Shown here piece after piece: positions 17,025 to 26,161 of a stretch of 64,000 nt of DNA. This stretch comes from Candidatus Omnitrophota bacterium. GTDB lineage: Bacteria > Omnitrophota > Gorgyraeia > Gorgyraeales > Gorgyraeaceae. The stretch's first letter is position 1, and each line of letters begins with the position of its first letter. Position numbers and translations under genes: made by a program. The notes under the pieces were generated by a model. The model ran no database searches. It saw only the letters and a program-made list of their open reading frames with translations, and was not told the DNA's origin. The stretch is from the NCBI GenBank assembly GCA_003485765.1, contig DNHS01000051.1, forward strand, positions 71,747-135,746. Reading direction: 5' to 3'.

Positions 17025-17843
17025 TTAAAAATAAAGCCTAACAAAAATACTATGGGTATCTTCCTTTGTTTCTTTTGTCGCAAATTTACTCTGTTTTTCA
17101 AGTTCATCTACTACTTCTATTATTTTTTTTATATTGGACGTACCTATCCCATGCATATTGATATACTTAAGACCATATTTTTTCTTTAATTCTATCTCAC
17201 CTTTTATATCATTTTTATTCATTATATGATTAACAAATACACAAAGAGGCAATTCATCAACAACCATTTTATACATACTTTTAAATTTATCTAAAACTAT
17301 TTTGTCTTCGTATTTCCCTTCTAAAGAACCATGATAAGGAATTAAAACTTCTTCTAAATAACGCGCCGAACACAAATTAGCTATATTCTTCCCTTTATCT
17401 CCATATCTTTGCATAATATCGCACTTCAATTGTCTTGTCTTGGGTTTATCATGCGCCTCAAAAAAACTCCTCATATACAAAGATGCTCTCCATATATTAA
17501 AGTCTTCAGGAGGGATTTTAGGTTTTAAAAAATCTAAAACTTCCTTATTGCCTGCTGAACTGTCTTTCGCCTTAAAATCTTCTATTGATTTTTTAGTTTC
17601 ATCTTCCAATATAGAATAGCCATCTTCTATAGCTTTGGGTAATATATCTTTAAGGGCTTTTCTTTCGGAGGAGTCTAGTTTAGCAAGATTTATCGTGAGA
17701 TTCTTAGAATCATCATGGTATTCTGTTTTTTGACTATGATCATCCTTTTTAATATTTATATTATTAGATAGGTCTATATTGAAATTAATATCGGGAAGTT
17801 TAAGATTGGAAAGTAACTTACCTAAAGCTTCTAGGAAGCTCAT
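17025..17843 (-). CDS. Hypothetical cargo protein
   Basis: 272-aa ORF coupled by ATGA overlap to upstream 81-aa ORF. Confidence 0.7.
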   Translation of the reverse strand: MSFLEALGKLLSNLKLPDINFNIDLSNNINIKKDDHSQKTEYHDDSKNLTINLAKLDSSERKALKDILPKAIEDGYSILEDETKKSIEDFKAKDSSAGNKEVLDFLKPKIPPEDFNIWRASLYMRSFFEAHDKPKTRQLKCDIMQRYGDKGKNIANLCSARYLEEVLIPYHGSLEGKYEDKIVLDKFKSMYKMVVDELPLCVFVNHIMNKNDIKGEIELKKKYGLKYINMHGIGTSNIKKIIEVVDELEKQSKFATKETKEDTHSIFVRLYF

Positions 17844-18085
17844 TGATTATTATCTTGAATAGTATCTGCCAATTCTATGACAGAATTTATACCTGTCCTA
17901 ATAAATACTAAAGATCCTTTCTTTAGGCCCACGAAGTCTTTTAATTCCAAAGGTTCCCCATCAGAAGACGGAACTTTCTGCCCTGACTGCTTTTCTATGA
18001 TATATCCGTCTGCATCTACGGCGCAATCAAACAAATCTAGAATATCCTCTTTGGTATTTTTTTCAAAAGTTATTATTTTACTCAT
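17840..18085 (-). CDS. Hypothetical small acidic cargo protein
   Basis: 81-aa ORF with GGGGAG SD and own promoter. Confidence 0.65.
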   Translation of the reverse strand: MSKIITFEKNTKEDILDLFDCAVDADGYIIEKQSGQKVPSSDGEPLELKDFVGLKKGSLVFIRTGINSVIELADTIQDNNQ

Positions 18086-18192
18086 CGCTTTGTCTCCCCT
18101 ACAGAGATAAAAAAGGAAACACTTGATAGTTGTTTCCTTTTAAGGTTATCTCCGAAATACATTTTTTGTCCCCACCGTATAACTATAGTATA

Positions 18193-18220
18193 ATTATACT
18201 CTAAATTATACTCCTGTCAA
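18193..18220 (-). promoter_or_regulatory. Sigma70-type promoter with overlapping palindrome
   Basis: TTGACA-N16-TATAAT; perfect palindrome AGTATAATTATACT at 18187-18200. Confidence 0.6.
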
Positions 18221-18330
18221 GCCTTACGCGTCAATATATTTTTTTGCATCATCTTCTCTGCTTGATTCTATCTTTCAGTATAAACAATACATAAAAAACT
18301 CTAAACGCATTTGTATTAATATAATAATTC

Positions 18331-18441
18331 TGTGACGTTAGTGTGACGTTAAGGATAAGGAATATACAAAACTATACAAACATATACAAAAGGATACAAC
18401 TAAATAAAAAACGTGTAACTTCTCTAAAAATCAGGTAATTA
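18331..18441. repeat. att arm: integrase arm sites, phased ATACAA repeats, IHF site
   Basis: tgtgacgtta x2 (18331, 18342); atacaa x4 at 10-bp period (18361-18400); AATCAGGTAATTA matches WATCARNNNNTTR. Confidence 0.75.
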
Positions 18442-18491
18442 CGCCTAATTGCTATAAAAACTATGGGTTACGAAGAACCCTTGAAAACAAG

Positions 18492-18566
18492 TGGTGCCGA
18501 GGAGAAGAATCGAACTTCCCACGCCGGCCTTTTCAGGGCCGCGCTCTACCACTGAGCTACCTCGGC
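18492..18566 (-). tRNA. tRNA-Phe (GAA)
   Basis: GCCGAGG acceptor stem, anticodon loop CTGAAAA, GTTCGAT T-loop, encoded CCA. Confidence 0.97.
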
Positions 18567-18624
18567 GATACAAGATTTACACTATTTTAACAAACCATCT
18601 TATTATGTCAATACAAAATTACCT

Positions 18625-18663
18625 TAACTTTACAATCCGTGCCTGGCACGATTTGTAAAGTTA
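18625..18663. repeat. REP-like palindrome (AACTTTACA...TGTAAAGTT family)
   Basis: taactttacaatccgtgcctggcacgatttgtaaagtta. Confidence 0.8.
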
Positions 18664-18694
18664 GCGTGGATACACTATTAATCTGCCATCTTCT

Positions 18695-19660
18695 TTAAGT
18701 ATCAGAATCTTTATGTCTTTGATAGATTTTGCCAAAGTAAGGCCTTTTTTTCTCTCCCATTACAAATATAGCTGTAGAAAGCGCATCTGCTCCTTCTGCT
18801 GAATCCAGCGCTACTGTAACGCTTATAATACCCTGACAAGGTTCTCCTGTAAGAGGGTTTATTATATGAGAATATCTTTTGCCTCCTATTTCAAAAAACC
18901 TTTCATAATTTCCAGAAGTGCTTATAGCCCTGTCAGTTAATTCAAAACTATAGAGCAATTTGCCTTTCTTTCTAGGATCCTGAACCCCTATTTTCCAGTT
19001 TTTCTTCCCAGGCGCATTGCCTAATGCAAAGATATTCCCTCCAAGATTTACAAGGCCGTTTTTAATCCCATTCGACACCAGGACATCTTTTGCCCTGTCA
19101 ACTGCATAGCCCTTAGCAATCCCGCCAAAATCTATTTTTGTGTCTTTATTCAAAAATCTTATGGATAACTTTTTAGAATCCAGCTCTATATTTTTATATC
19201 CAACGGATTTCAGCGCATTCTCTATATCATCTTTATCTGGCATTGATTTATGTTTACGAACAAAACCCCATATCTCCATAAGAGGAGCCACTGTTACATC
19301 AAAAGCTCCATCTGAAATCCTGCTATAATATATAGATCTTTCTGTCAACCTAAATGCTTCCCCGCTCACTTTTATATTTTCAAGCCCTGCTATTTTATTT
19401 ATCTTTGATACCTCGCTATTTTCATCAAATTTACTAAAAACTTTTTCTATACGCTGCATCTCCTTAAACGCCTCGCCTACAGCCCGAACAGCCTTATCTC
19501 TGTCCGGGCTGTAACAGGAAATCTCGCAGAAAGTATCCATCAGGATCCTTGTTTCTTTCACTGACAAACCTTGGCTGCATCCTGCTAAAAAGAATATCAG
19601 AAAATAAAAAATTCCGCATCCTTTCAATATAAAAAGATGCGGTTGTTTTTTAAAAATCAT
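18695..19660 (-). CDS. apbE: FAD:protein FMN transferase ApbE lipoprotein; apparent frameshift near C-terminus
   Basis: LAGC lipobox, GAFDVTV, DFGGIAKGYAVD, STSGNYERF, HIINP, ADALSTA. Confidence 0.93.
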   Translation of the reverse strand: MIFKKQPHLFILKGCGIFYFLIFFLAGCSQGLSVKETRILMDTFCEISCYSPDRDKAVRAVGEAFKEMQRIEKVFSKFDENSEVSKINKIAGLENIKVSGEAFRLTERSIYYSRISDGAFDVTVAPLMEIWGFVRKHKSMPDKDDIENALKSVGYKNIELDSKKLSIRFLNKDTKIDFGGIAKGYAVDRAKDVLVSNGIKNGLVNLGGNIFALGNAPGKKNWKIGVQDPRKKGKLLYSFELTDRAISTSGNYERFFEIGGKRYSHIINPLTGEPCQGIISVTVALDSAEGADALSTAIFVMGEKKRPYFGKIYQRHKDSDT

Positions 19661-19665
19661 ATGCT

Positions 19666-20244
19666 TTAAAATAAAAATACAGCTGCTGATACTACTGTGG
19701 ACCAGTTGCCGTTAGAATCAATTATAGTAGACTGGGTCATGTTCATAGTTTTGACAATCTTATCCTTAACCTGATATACCTTTTTTATTTCATCCCAGTC
19801 TTTGGAATCATCGAAATCAGGAAAACCCATTGTAGAGGCAAGCATCTTTGCCGCCAGGTCTTCTGCATAATCGCCTGCAAACTCATCTGTCTGCCCATAC
19901 GCATGGTGCTCGCTCATATAGCCGTACATGTTTTCGTCCGCAGGTATCGCGGTGCCTACAGAAGACGCTATGAGCCGCCTTGGCTCATTGGAGCTGCACC
20001 TGGCAATGACACAATAAGTTATCATGCCAGGTATGAGTTCTCTTATACCTTCATTTTTCGGAAGAATTTTACAACCTGGCGGGAAAATACTGGAGACATG
20101 CACTAGATTGCATTTTTCAATGCCTGCGTCTCTTAGGGCAAGCTCATACGAACGCAGTTCTTCTTTGTGCGTGCCAACACCTTTAGTAAAAAATACTTTT
20201 GTAGGAACTAACTTGCCTAACTGCGATGCCTGTTGCCCGTTCAT
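19666..20244 (-). CDS. pdaD: Pyruvoyl-dependent arginine decarboxylase
   Basis: [25 protein letters not shown] Ser-Ser autocleavage motif, GYMSEH. Confidence 0.92.
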   Translation of the reverse strand: MNGQQASQLGKLVPTKVFFTKGVGTHKEELRSYELALRDAGIEKCNLVHVSSIFPPGCKILPKNEGIRELIPGMITYCVIARCSSNEPRRLIASSVGTAIPADENMYGYMSEHHAYGQTDEFAGDYAEDLAAKMLASTMGFPDFDDSKDWDEIKKVYQVKDKIVKTMNMTQSTIIDSNGNWSTVVSAAVFLF

Positions 20245-20251
20245 GCTTTAT

Positions 20252-20725
20252 TTATTCTTCCTCAGGCACTGCAGGCTCTGCTGGCTGCGACGATACTGGA
20301 GCAGTCTGGCCGCCTGTAGCAGCTGGCTGTTCTGGGACAATAACGTCCACCCAGCTTGCGACAAGCTTTCCTGCATCATCAGTATAATAACCAACTTCTG
20401 CCTTATCGCCTTTTTTAATATCTGCTAGTTTTATATCCTCTATACCTTTCCAGAGTATAGTTTCTCCATCTACCACGCTAAAAGCCTTTTCCGCGCCATC
20501 AACCCCTTTTACAGTTATGGAGCCTGTGGTCGTGTCCAAAGCCGTAACATCCCCTGTAATTACTCCCTCTCCTACGCCTTCTTCTGCAGGAAGCATCTCT
20601 TCATCTTGGGGTACAGTCATAGCTTCATCAGCTGGACTTGCAGCATTATCCTCTGAATACACAGGGACTGACATACATATTACAGCCCCAAGAAAAAAAA
20701 CTACCACTGCTAATTTCTTAATCAT
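20252..20725 (-). CDS. Secreted small OB-fold-like protein (DUF5666-like)
   Basis: Signal peptide; GDVTALD...ITV...LADIKKGDKAEV. Confidence 0.6.
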   Translation of the reverse strand: MIKKLAVVVFFLGAVICMSVPVYSEDNAASPADEAMTVPQDEEMLPAEEGVGEGVITGDVTALDTTTGSITVKGVDGAEKAFSVVDGETILWKGIEDIKLADIKKGDKAEVGYYTDDAGKLVASWVDVIVPEQPAATGGQTAPVSSQPAEPAVPEEE

Positions 20726-20800
20726 ACTCTCTCCCCCTCCTTTCAATTTTCAAACAAAATTAATTATATCACAAAAAGGTTTTTTTGCAATATAATAATT

Positions 20801-21169
20801 TTACTTAGCGATATACTTTTTAATATGCTTTACGAGATCCTCTGCGCTTACCGGCTTAGCTATAAAAGGATGGCCTCCTATAGAGCCGTCTATCTCGCCT
20901 TCCTTTACAATTGCGGTTAAAAATACGACTGGAATATCTTTAAGGGCATTATCAGATTTCAATTCAGAGGCCACGTCACCCCCATCCATACCCGGCATCA
21001 TAATATCCAATAGAATTAAATCCGGCTTAAATTCTTTTGCAGCCATAAAGGCATTATTGCTATTATTCTCTATCTTTACCGTATATTCTCCTGTTTCCTC
21101 AAGATTTAATTTTACCATTTTTGTAAAACCCTCTTCATCGTCAATGATCAGTATCTTTTTCTTGTCCAT
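20801..21169 (-). CDS. Single-domain response regulator
   Basis: ILIIDDE, DLILLDIMMP, FLTA, KP. Confidence 0.93.
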   Translation of the reverse strand: MDKKKILIIDDEEGFTKMVKLNLEETGEYTVKIENNSNNAFMAAKEFKPDLILLDIMMPGMDGGDVASELKSDNALKDIPVVFLTAIVKEGEIDGSIGGHPFIAKPVSAEDLVKHIKKYIAK

Positions 21170-21189
21170 TTTAGCGTCCTTTCTTTTAT

Positions 21190-22401
21190 TCAACCTTCCC
21201 TTTTTAGAACATCCTCTGCCGCATGTAAAATAACGGTCAATTTGGTCCCTTTGCCTATCTGGCTTTCTACGCTTATAAACCCTTTGTGTTCATTAATTAT
21301 ATTTTGAGTCACGCTCAATCCTAAACCAGCGCCTCCTGCAGGGCCTTTTGTGGTAAAAAACGGGTCAAAGATTTTTTTCAGATTTTCCTCAGAAATTCCA
21401 GAGCCTGTGTCTTCGATTTCAATTATTATAGCTTTTTCTCCAACCCGAAAGCAATCATCCTCCCGCCTGCCTATGCCTTTTTTTATCTCTTCTAATATCT
21501 TATCATAGGTGCGGATAATAATCTTCCCCCCCGCAGGCATAGCCTGAATCGCATTTAATAAAAGGTTAATAAACACCTGCTCCAATTTGTTTTTATCTGC
21601 CAGGGCGCTTGGCATGTCTTGTTTTGTTTCCATTATAACATCTATGTTTTCGAATTTAAACCTTGTTCTCACTAAACTTATAGAAACCTCTAGAATAGAA
21701 TTCACATCCTCCGGTTTCAAATCTAGGCTTGCCGCTCTGGAAAAATCAAGAAGGGCATTTACAATCTTATCTGCTCTTTTTACATTATCTTTGAGCATAA
21801 TCAAGATTTCATAGATATCTGTCTCTTTGGCGGATATTTTCTTTTCCAGATAATTAACCCCTTGCAGTATTATCCCTAAGGGGTTTCTTACCTCATGCGC
21901 TACGCCGCTGGCAAGCTGGCCTACGGCGCTTAATTTCTCTGCCTGGATAAGCTGGCCTTGTGTCTCCTTCAGTTCCCTGTATGCCTTTATTACCTCTTTC
22001 TCCAGCCGCTCCTTTTCTTTATTAACCCTATACCTATCAATGGCTTTTTTAATAACCATATCTAACGCATCGCTATACAAAACATCTTTGACTATATAAT
22101 CATATGCCCCTTCCTTCATCATATCTACCGCAACCTTTTCGTTTCCTAAAGCGGTAACTACAATAAAAGGCACTTTCTTATTTTTATTATTTATCTCTTT
22201 TAAGACATCGAGCGCGGTTGAATCCGGAAGGCGGTAGTCGCAAAGCACCGCATCGTAAGACCCTTCGAATATCATTTTCAGGCCTTCGCGCGAATCCATG
22301 GCAGAATCCAATTGATAATCTTCGCTTGTTTTCCGCAAGATTCTCTTCGTAATCTCAATATGGTCCGGGTTATCTTCGATCAGTAATATTTTTAATGCCA
22401 T
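21190..22401 (-). CDS. Hybrid receiver-histidine kinase
   Basis: N-terminal REC; AHEVRNPL H-box; NLLLNA, DTGSG, FFTTK, GLGL. Confidence 0.93.
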   Translation of the reverse strand: MALKILLIEDNPDHIEITKRILRKTSEDYQLDSAMDSREGLKMIFEGSYDAVLCDYRLPDSTALDVLKEINNKNKKVPFIVVTALGNEKVAVDMMKEGAYDYIVKDVLYSDALDMVIKKAIDRYRVNKEKERLEKEVIKAYRELKETQGQLIQAEKLSAVGQLASGVAHEVRNPLGIILQGVNYLEKKISAKETDIYEILIMLKDNVKRADKIVNALLDFSRAASLDLKPEDVNSILEVSISLVRTRFKFENIDVIMETKQDMPSALADKNKLEQVFINLLLNAIQAMPAGGKIIIRTYDKILEEIKKGIGRREDDCFRVGEKAIIIEIEDTGSGISEENLKKIFDPFFTTKGPAGGAGLGLSVTQNIINEHKGFISVESQIGKGTKLTVILHAAEDVLKREG

Positions 22402-22437
22402 AGATAAGTTACACGCTGCCGTTAATTTACGAACCCG

Positions 22438-22899
22438 TTATTCTTCCTGGCCATTAGGCGAAAAGATATTCAACAGCCCCCAGTACAGGCTTACCTCCTT
22501 GACTACTTCTACAAAATTTTCGAAGTTGACGGGTTTCTGTATAAAACTATTACAGCCGTTATCATAGCTTTTGATTATGTCCTCATCTCTCTTGGAGACG
22601 GTCAGCATAACAACAGGTATCCTTTTTAAATTAGAATCCTTTTTTATAGCTCCCAGGACATCTATGCCATTCAGCTTGGGAAGATTTATATCCAAGAGTA
22701 TCAGGCCTGGTTTCGGGCTGGAGGACAGATCCTTATAGTCTCCTTCATGTTTCAAAAAGTCCAGGGCCTCCTGGCCGTCTCTCACAATCCAAAGCTTATT
22801 GATTACTTTTGCCTCCTTAAGCGCCCTTTTGGTTATATCGATATCATCAGGATTGTCTTCAACCAAAAGTATTTTGATAATATTATGTTCCTCTGCCAT
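22438..22899 (-). CDS. Rcp1-type single-domain response regulator
   Basis: LLVEDNPDD, LLDINLPK, IPVVMLT, KPV...YW. Confidence 0.93.
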   Translation of the reverse strand: MAEEHNIIKILLVEDNPDDIDITKRALKEAKVINKLWIVRDGQEALDFLKHEGDYKDLSSSPKPGLILLDINLPKLNGIDVLGAIKKDSNLKRIPVVMLTVSKRDEDIIKSYDNGCNSFIQKPVNFENFVEVVKEVSLYWGLLNIFSPNGQEE

Positions 22900-23944
22900 C
22901 TTGTTCTCCTTTGTTTATCCTGCCCATCCTTTGCTGTTCCTCTAATGCCTTTTTAATATCATCTTCTGTCACAAGCTTCCTTTCCAGCAGGATCTCGCCT
23001 ATTAACTTCTTTCCTAAAATCATGCTCCTATCCTTTGGAATAGTAAAATAGAACACAGAGCCCTCTCCGGGCTTAGACTCAACCCAGATATTCCCCTTAT
23101 GTATCTGAATTATTTTTTTTACTATCGTAAGGCCCGCGCCGGTGCCTTCGACATCCTCCCTCTTGCCAAGCCTTTGGAAGATCTCGAATATCTTTTCGAA
23201 ATATTCTTCTTTTATCCCGATACCATTATCCTTTATATAAAATTTATGAAGATCTCCTTGATCGTCATAACCTATTTCTATCACGGGCTTTTGCTTATCA
23301 TTAAACTTAATGGCGTTGGAAATCAGGTTCAAAAAAACTTCCGTTAACCTGACGCGGTCACAAAATATTTTTGGAAGCTTGTCTTTTATTATAATCTCTA
23401 CGCCCTTTTGCTTTATGGCGTATTCAAGCCTCATCTTCACTTCAGTTATCAGCTCTTCTGTTTCAACTTCTTCAATAGTGCTTCCTCTTTTTTTGAGCCT
23501 GGATATCTCAAGCAGGTCTTCGATAAGCTTTTTCATCCTTTCTGTATTGGCTCTTACGCGTTCAAGATAATGCCTCCCTTCCTCGCTTAATTTGTCCTTG
23601 TAATCATCTATTATGAATTTCGAATAGGCGTCTATGCTCCTCAAAGGCTCTTTTAAATCATGCGAGACAATATAGGTAAAGTCGTCTAATTCTTTATTAA
23701 CATCTTCAAGAATTTTCTTTTGATACTCCAAGATCTCCTTTGACTCCGTAAGATCTTCAGCTATATTCTTCATTGCCCTGCGAGAGCCCTCTAAGTCCTG
23801 CATTCTGTTCTTTAATTCATTCATCTTCTCTTCAAGCAAGGCTGCCTGCTCAAAAACAGCCTGTTCTTGCGCTTCCAGAAGCTGCTTGAGGCTTTCAATT
23901 TCAACCTTGTATGTATCAAGCAGATTTGGATCGCCGCGCTCCAT
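22883..23944 (-). CDS. Soluble histidine kinase (Cph1-like HK core) with C-terminal MshEN-like motif
   Basis: SHDLKEPLR, NLISNAIKF, DNGIG, IFQRL, GTGAGL; tail KLIGEILLERKLVTEDDIKKALEEQ. Confidence 0.9.
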   Translation of the reverse strand: MERGDPNLLDTYKVEIESLKQLLEAQEQAVFEQAALLEEKMNELKNRMQDLEGSRRAMKNIAEDLTESKEILEYQKKILEDVNKELDDFTYIVSHDLKEPLRSIDAYSKFIIDDYKDKLSEEGRHYLERVRANTERMKKLIEDLLEISRLKKRGSTIEEVETEELITEVKMRLEYAIKQKGVEIIIKDKLPKIFCDRVRLTEVFLNLISNAIKFNDKQKPVIEIGYDDQGDLHKFYIKDNGIGIKEEYFEKIFEIFQRLGKREDVEGTGAGLTIVKKIIQIHKGNIWVESKPGEGSVFYFTIPKDRSMILGKKLIGEILLERKLVTEDDIKKALEEQQRMGRINKGEQDGRGT

Positions 23945-23963
23945 ATTTATCTCCTAACTAGTT

Positions 23964-24716
23964 TTAGTTAAATACCCTGTCTGCATAAGGCAATAACGCC
24001 AGCTTAACATTCAAAGCCAGTGGTTTAAAAAGGTTTGCGGCCTCCGGCGATATTGAAATCTTCGAAAATATGATAATTACATATATATCGCCGCCAGGCA
24101 AAACCCCGCCGAACCCAAGCACTGATTTAATACCGCAGGGGATGACAAAATCCTGCTGCGCAGGAACATATGGGCTGCCCAATGCTTCCGGGACATAAAA
24201 GACATTGAAGGTTTTTTGAGCGAGGTCAATTATTATTTTAGGATCGGGATTAATAACGGTATTTATCTCTAAGCCGAGCTGTTTGATTATATTACGCACC
24301 ATCGGTATCTTGTTTGCTACTTCTTCGCTTGGCAATGGTATGGCTTTATGCCCTGATGAAAGCTTCCTGGAATTCCATTCTTCCTTATCCCCCCTTGTCC
24401 CCAAAAGCACAAGGCTCTTCATTTGCGGCGTAATGGCACCAGCCCCAAACTTTTCTGCGACAAGGCGCTGGAATTCAGAGGGTAATGTTTCATAAGAGTG
24501 AGTCTTAAACAGGCGTACAAGCGCGCAGGCTCTTTCTTTAGTTTTATTGTCAATAAGATTTAGATACAGGTAATCCGTGAGCCGGCCGGCAACCTCTTCC
24601 ATGCTCTGCGCCTCTTCGCCTAATTGCCGTAATACCCTTCCGCAAATCGTCATATCAGTCAGCGTAAAATTGGACAGATCTAATTTCTCACCCAATATCT
24701 CATGCCAATTCCCCAT
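23964..24716 (-). CDS. Stand-alone GAF-like sensor protein
   Basis: ACALVRLFKTH...WNSRKLSSGHKAIPLPS...VPAQQDFVIPCGIKSVLGFGG resembles a domain seen N-terminal to kinases. Confidence 0.65.
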   Translation of the reverse strand: MGNWHEILGEKLDLSNFTLTDMTICGRVLRQLGEEAQSMEEVAGRLTDYLYLNLIDNKTKERACALVRLFKTHSYETLPSEFQRLVAEKFGAGAITPQMKSLVLLGTRGDKEEWNSRKLSSGHKAIPLPSEEVANKIPMVRNIIKQLGLEINTVINPDPKIIIDLAQKTFNVFYVPEALGSPYVPAQQDFVIPCGIKSVLGFGGVLPGGDIYVIIIFSKISISPEAANLFKPLALNVKLALLPYADRVFN

Positions 24717-24728
24717 TTCCCCTCCTTA

Positions 24729-26144
24729 TTAATCGTTCCCTTTATAAGGTTTTTCTCTCCCAAGCTCTTGGTTTAATCTGTTAACTTCTTTTTTTAACTC
24801 GACCATCCTGAGTTCGCGGCCTACCATAATTTTATTCGTATCCTCTAAATCCTTTAGCGTGAGTTTTTGATGTTCCTCTATTTTCTTGCGTTCGATTATA
24901 CCTGCTAATATATTTGCTACTGCATATAAAAACTCCTTCTCTTTATCATTAGCCTGATGGCCTTCATCTAAGTATAAATTAATCATCCCCAGTATTTCTT
25001 TGTCCATGGATATAATAGGGACACAGTAGTGGCCATGCGGCATTATACCTTTATATTGATTTTCATGACGTTCGTCAATATGGCCTGAAAAAATAATTTC
25101 TCCGGATAAGGCTGCCTTGCCGCAAAGACATCTGCCAAAAGGCACAGATGCGCATATTGTTTGTATTTCTGCTGACAACCCTTGTTGAGCTTTTAAAACA
25201 AGCGCGCCCGGCTTGTCTTCTACTAGAAAGATACCGCCTTTAGGCATTACTTTAGACCAAGGAGTTAAGTAAGAGAGGGCTTTTTTTAACACTTCTTCAA
25301 GAGGGATGTTTTCTAATGAAATTTTAAGCAATTTGTTCAAAATTCCCTGTATCTGGGAATCTTGCCGGATATTTTCCTCAGATGCCCTCAAGGCATCAAC
25401 CATATAATTAAAAACAGTGCCCAGTTCTCCAATTTCATCTTTTAACTTTATATCTACCCTTTTCTTCATATCTCCATGCGCGATTTCTAATGCTGTATCT
25501 CTTAGATGGATTATCGGAGATGAAATGGTGCTCTTAAAGAAAAACCAGAGCCCTAAAATAAAAATTATATTCACCATAATACCTATCAGCATAACCAAAC
25601 TAAACAAAGTTTTGGTCATATCTGACTTTGCTTCTATCTGTAAGTTTTCGCTGTGAATAAACTTGGAAAAATTTTCAGCATCTCTTATAACATCATCGGC
25701 AATAGCATCCATCTTTTCCATGAGCTTGCCTGCCTCTATATTCCCGATTGCATCAGATATAGAAAATATCTGTAACGCTATATTTTTAAGCTCCATGTAT
25801 TCTTTTTCTATATGCTTCATTAACCGGCCTTCTTCAACATTGTCAAATTTTCTATCATTTATTTTTTTGATCAAGCCCTCAACCTTGCCGCTTAAAATTT
25901 TAAAGTTTTCTGGCTCATCAGGGCTTCCGCCCGGTATCAAAAAATCATTCGCAGGCATAACTACCTGAGCTATGCCGGTCTGGAGGCTTCTGACTAACTG
26001 CATTTTTTCTGCGCTTTTATGCAGCTTAAGATGATCTTGATTATGCCTCTTATCAATCACATACACAGAGTACGTAAATAGAATTAATTCTATAAAAAAT
26101 ACAAAAAGCGTCAATCCTATCTTCATTTCTATCTTGATCCGCAT
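24729..26144 (-). CDS. Membrane sensor (2 TM, four-helix periplasmic domain, HAMP, GAF) lacking an output domain
   Basis: DEIGELGTVFNYM HAMP; FGRCLCG...HYCVPI GAF; ends in GRELRMVELKKEVN. Confidence 0.8.
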   Translation of the reverse strand: MRIKIEMKIGLTLFVFFIELILFTYSVYVIDKRHNQDHLKLHKSAEKMQLVRSLQTGIAQVVMPANDFLIPGGSPDEPENFKILSGKVEGLIKKINDRKFDNVEEGRLMKHIEKEYMELKNIALQIFSISDAIGNIEAGKLMEKMDAIADDVIRDAENFSKFIHSENLQIEAKSDMTKTLFSLVMLIGIMVNIIFILGLWFFFKSTISSPIIHLRDTALEIAHGDMKKRVDIKLKDEIGELGTVFNYMVDALRASEENIRQDSQIQGILNKLLKISLENIPLEEVLKKALSYLTPWSKVMPKGGIFLVEDKPGALVLKAQQGLSAEIQTICASVPFGRCLCGKAALSGEIIFSGHIDERHENQYKGIMPHGHYCVPIISMDKEILGMINLYLDEGHQANDKEKEFLYAVANILAGIIERKKIEEHQKLTLKDLEDTNKIMVGRELRMVELKKEVNRLNQELGREKPYKGND

Positions 26145-26161
26145 AATTATCTTTCTTTATC

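Larger units (their letters stand above)
7915..18511. mobile_element. Integrative element A (~10.6 kb, satellite/IME-like) in tRNA-Phe
   Basis: Flanked by 20-bp direct repeat of the tRNA 3' end; int, xis, serine resolvase, Rep ATPase, iterons, regulators and cargo; no recognisable capsid or conjugation genes. Confidence 0.9.

Noticed and set aside
7915-18511. Intact prophage or conjugative ICE
   Set aside because: No recognisable terminase, capsid, tail, relaxase or T4SS genes
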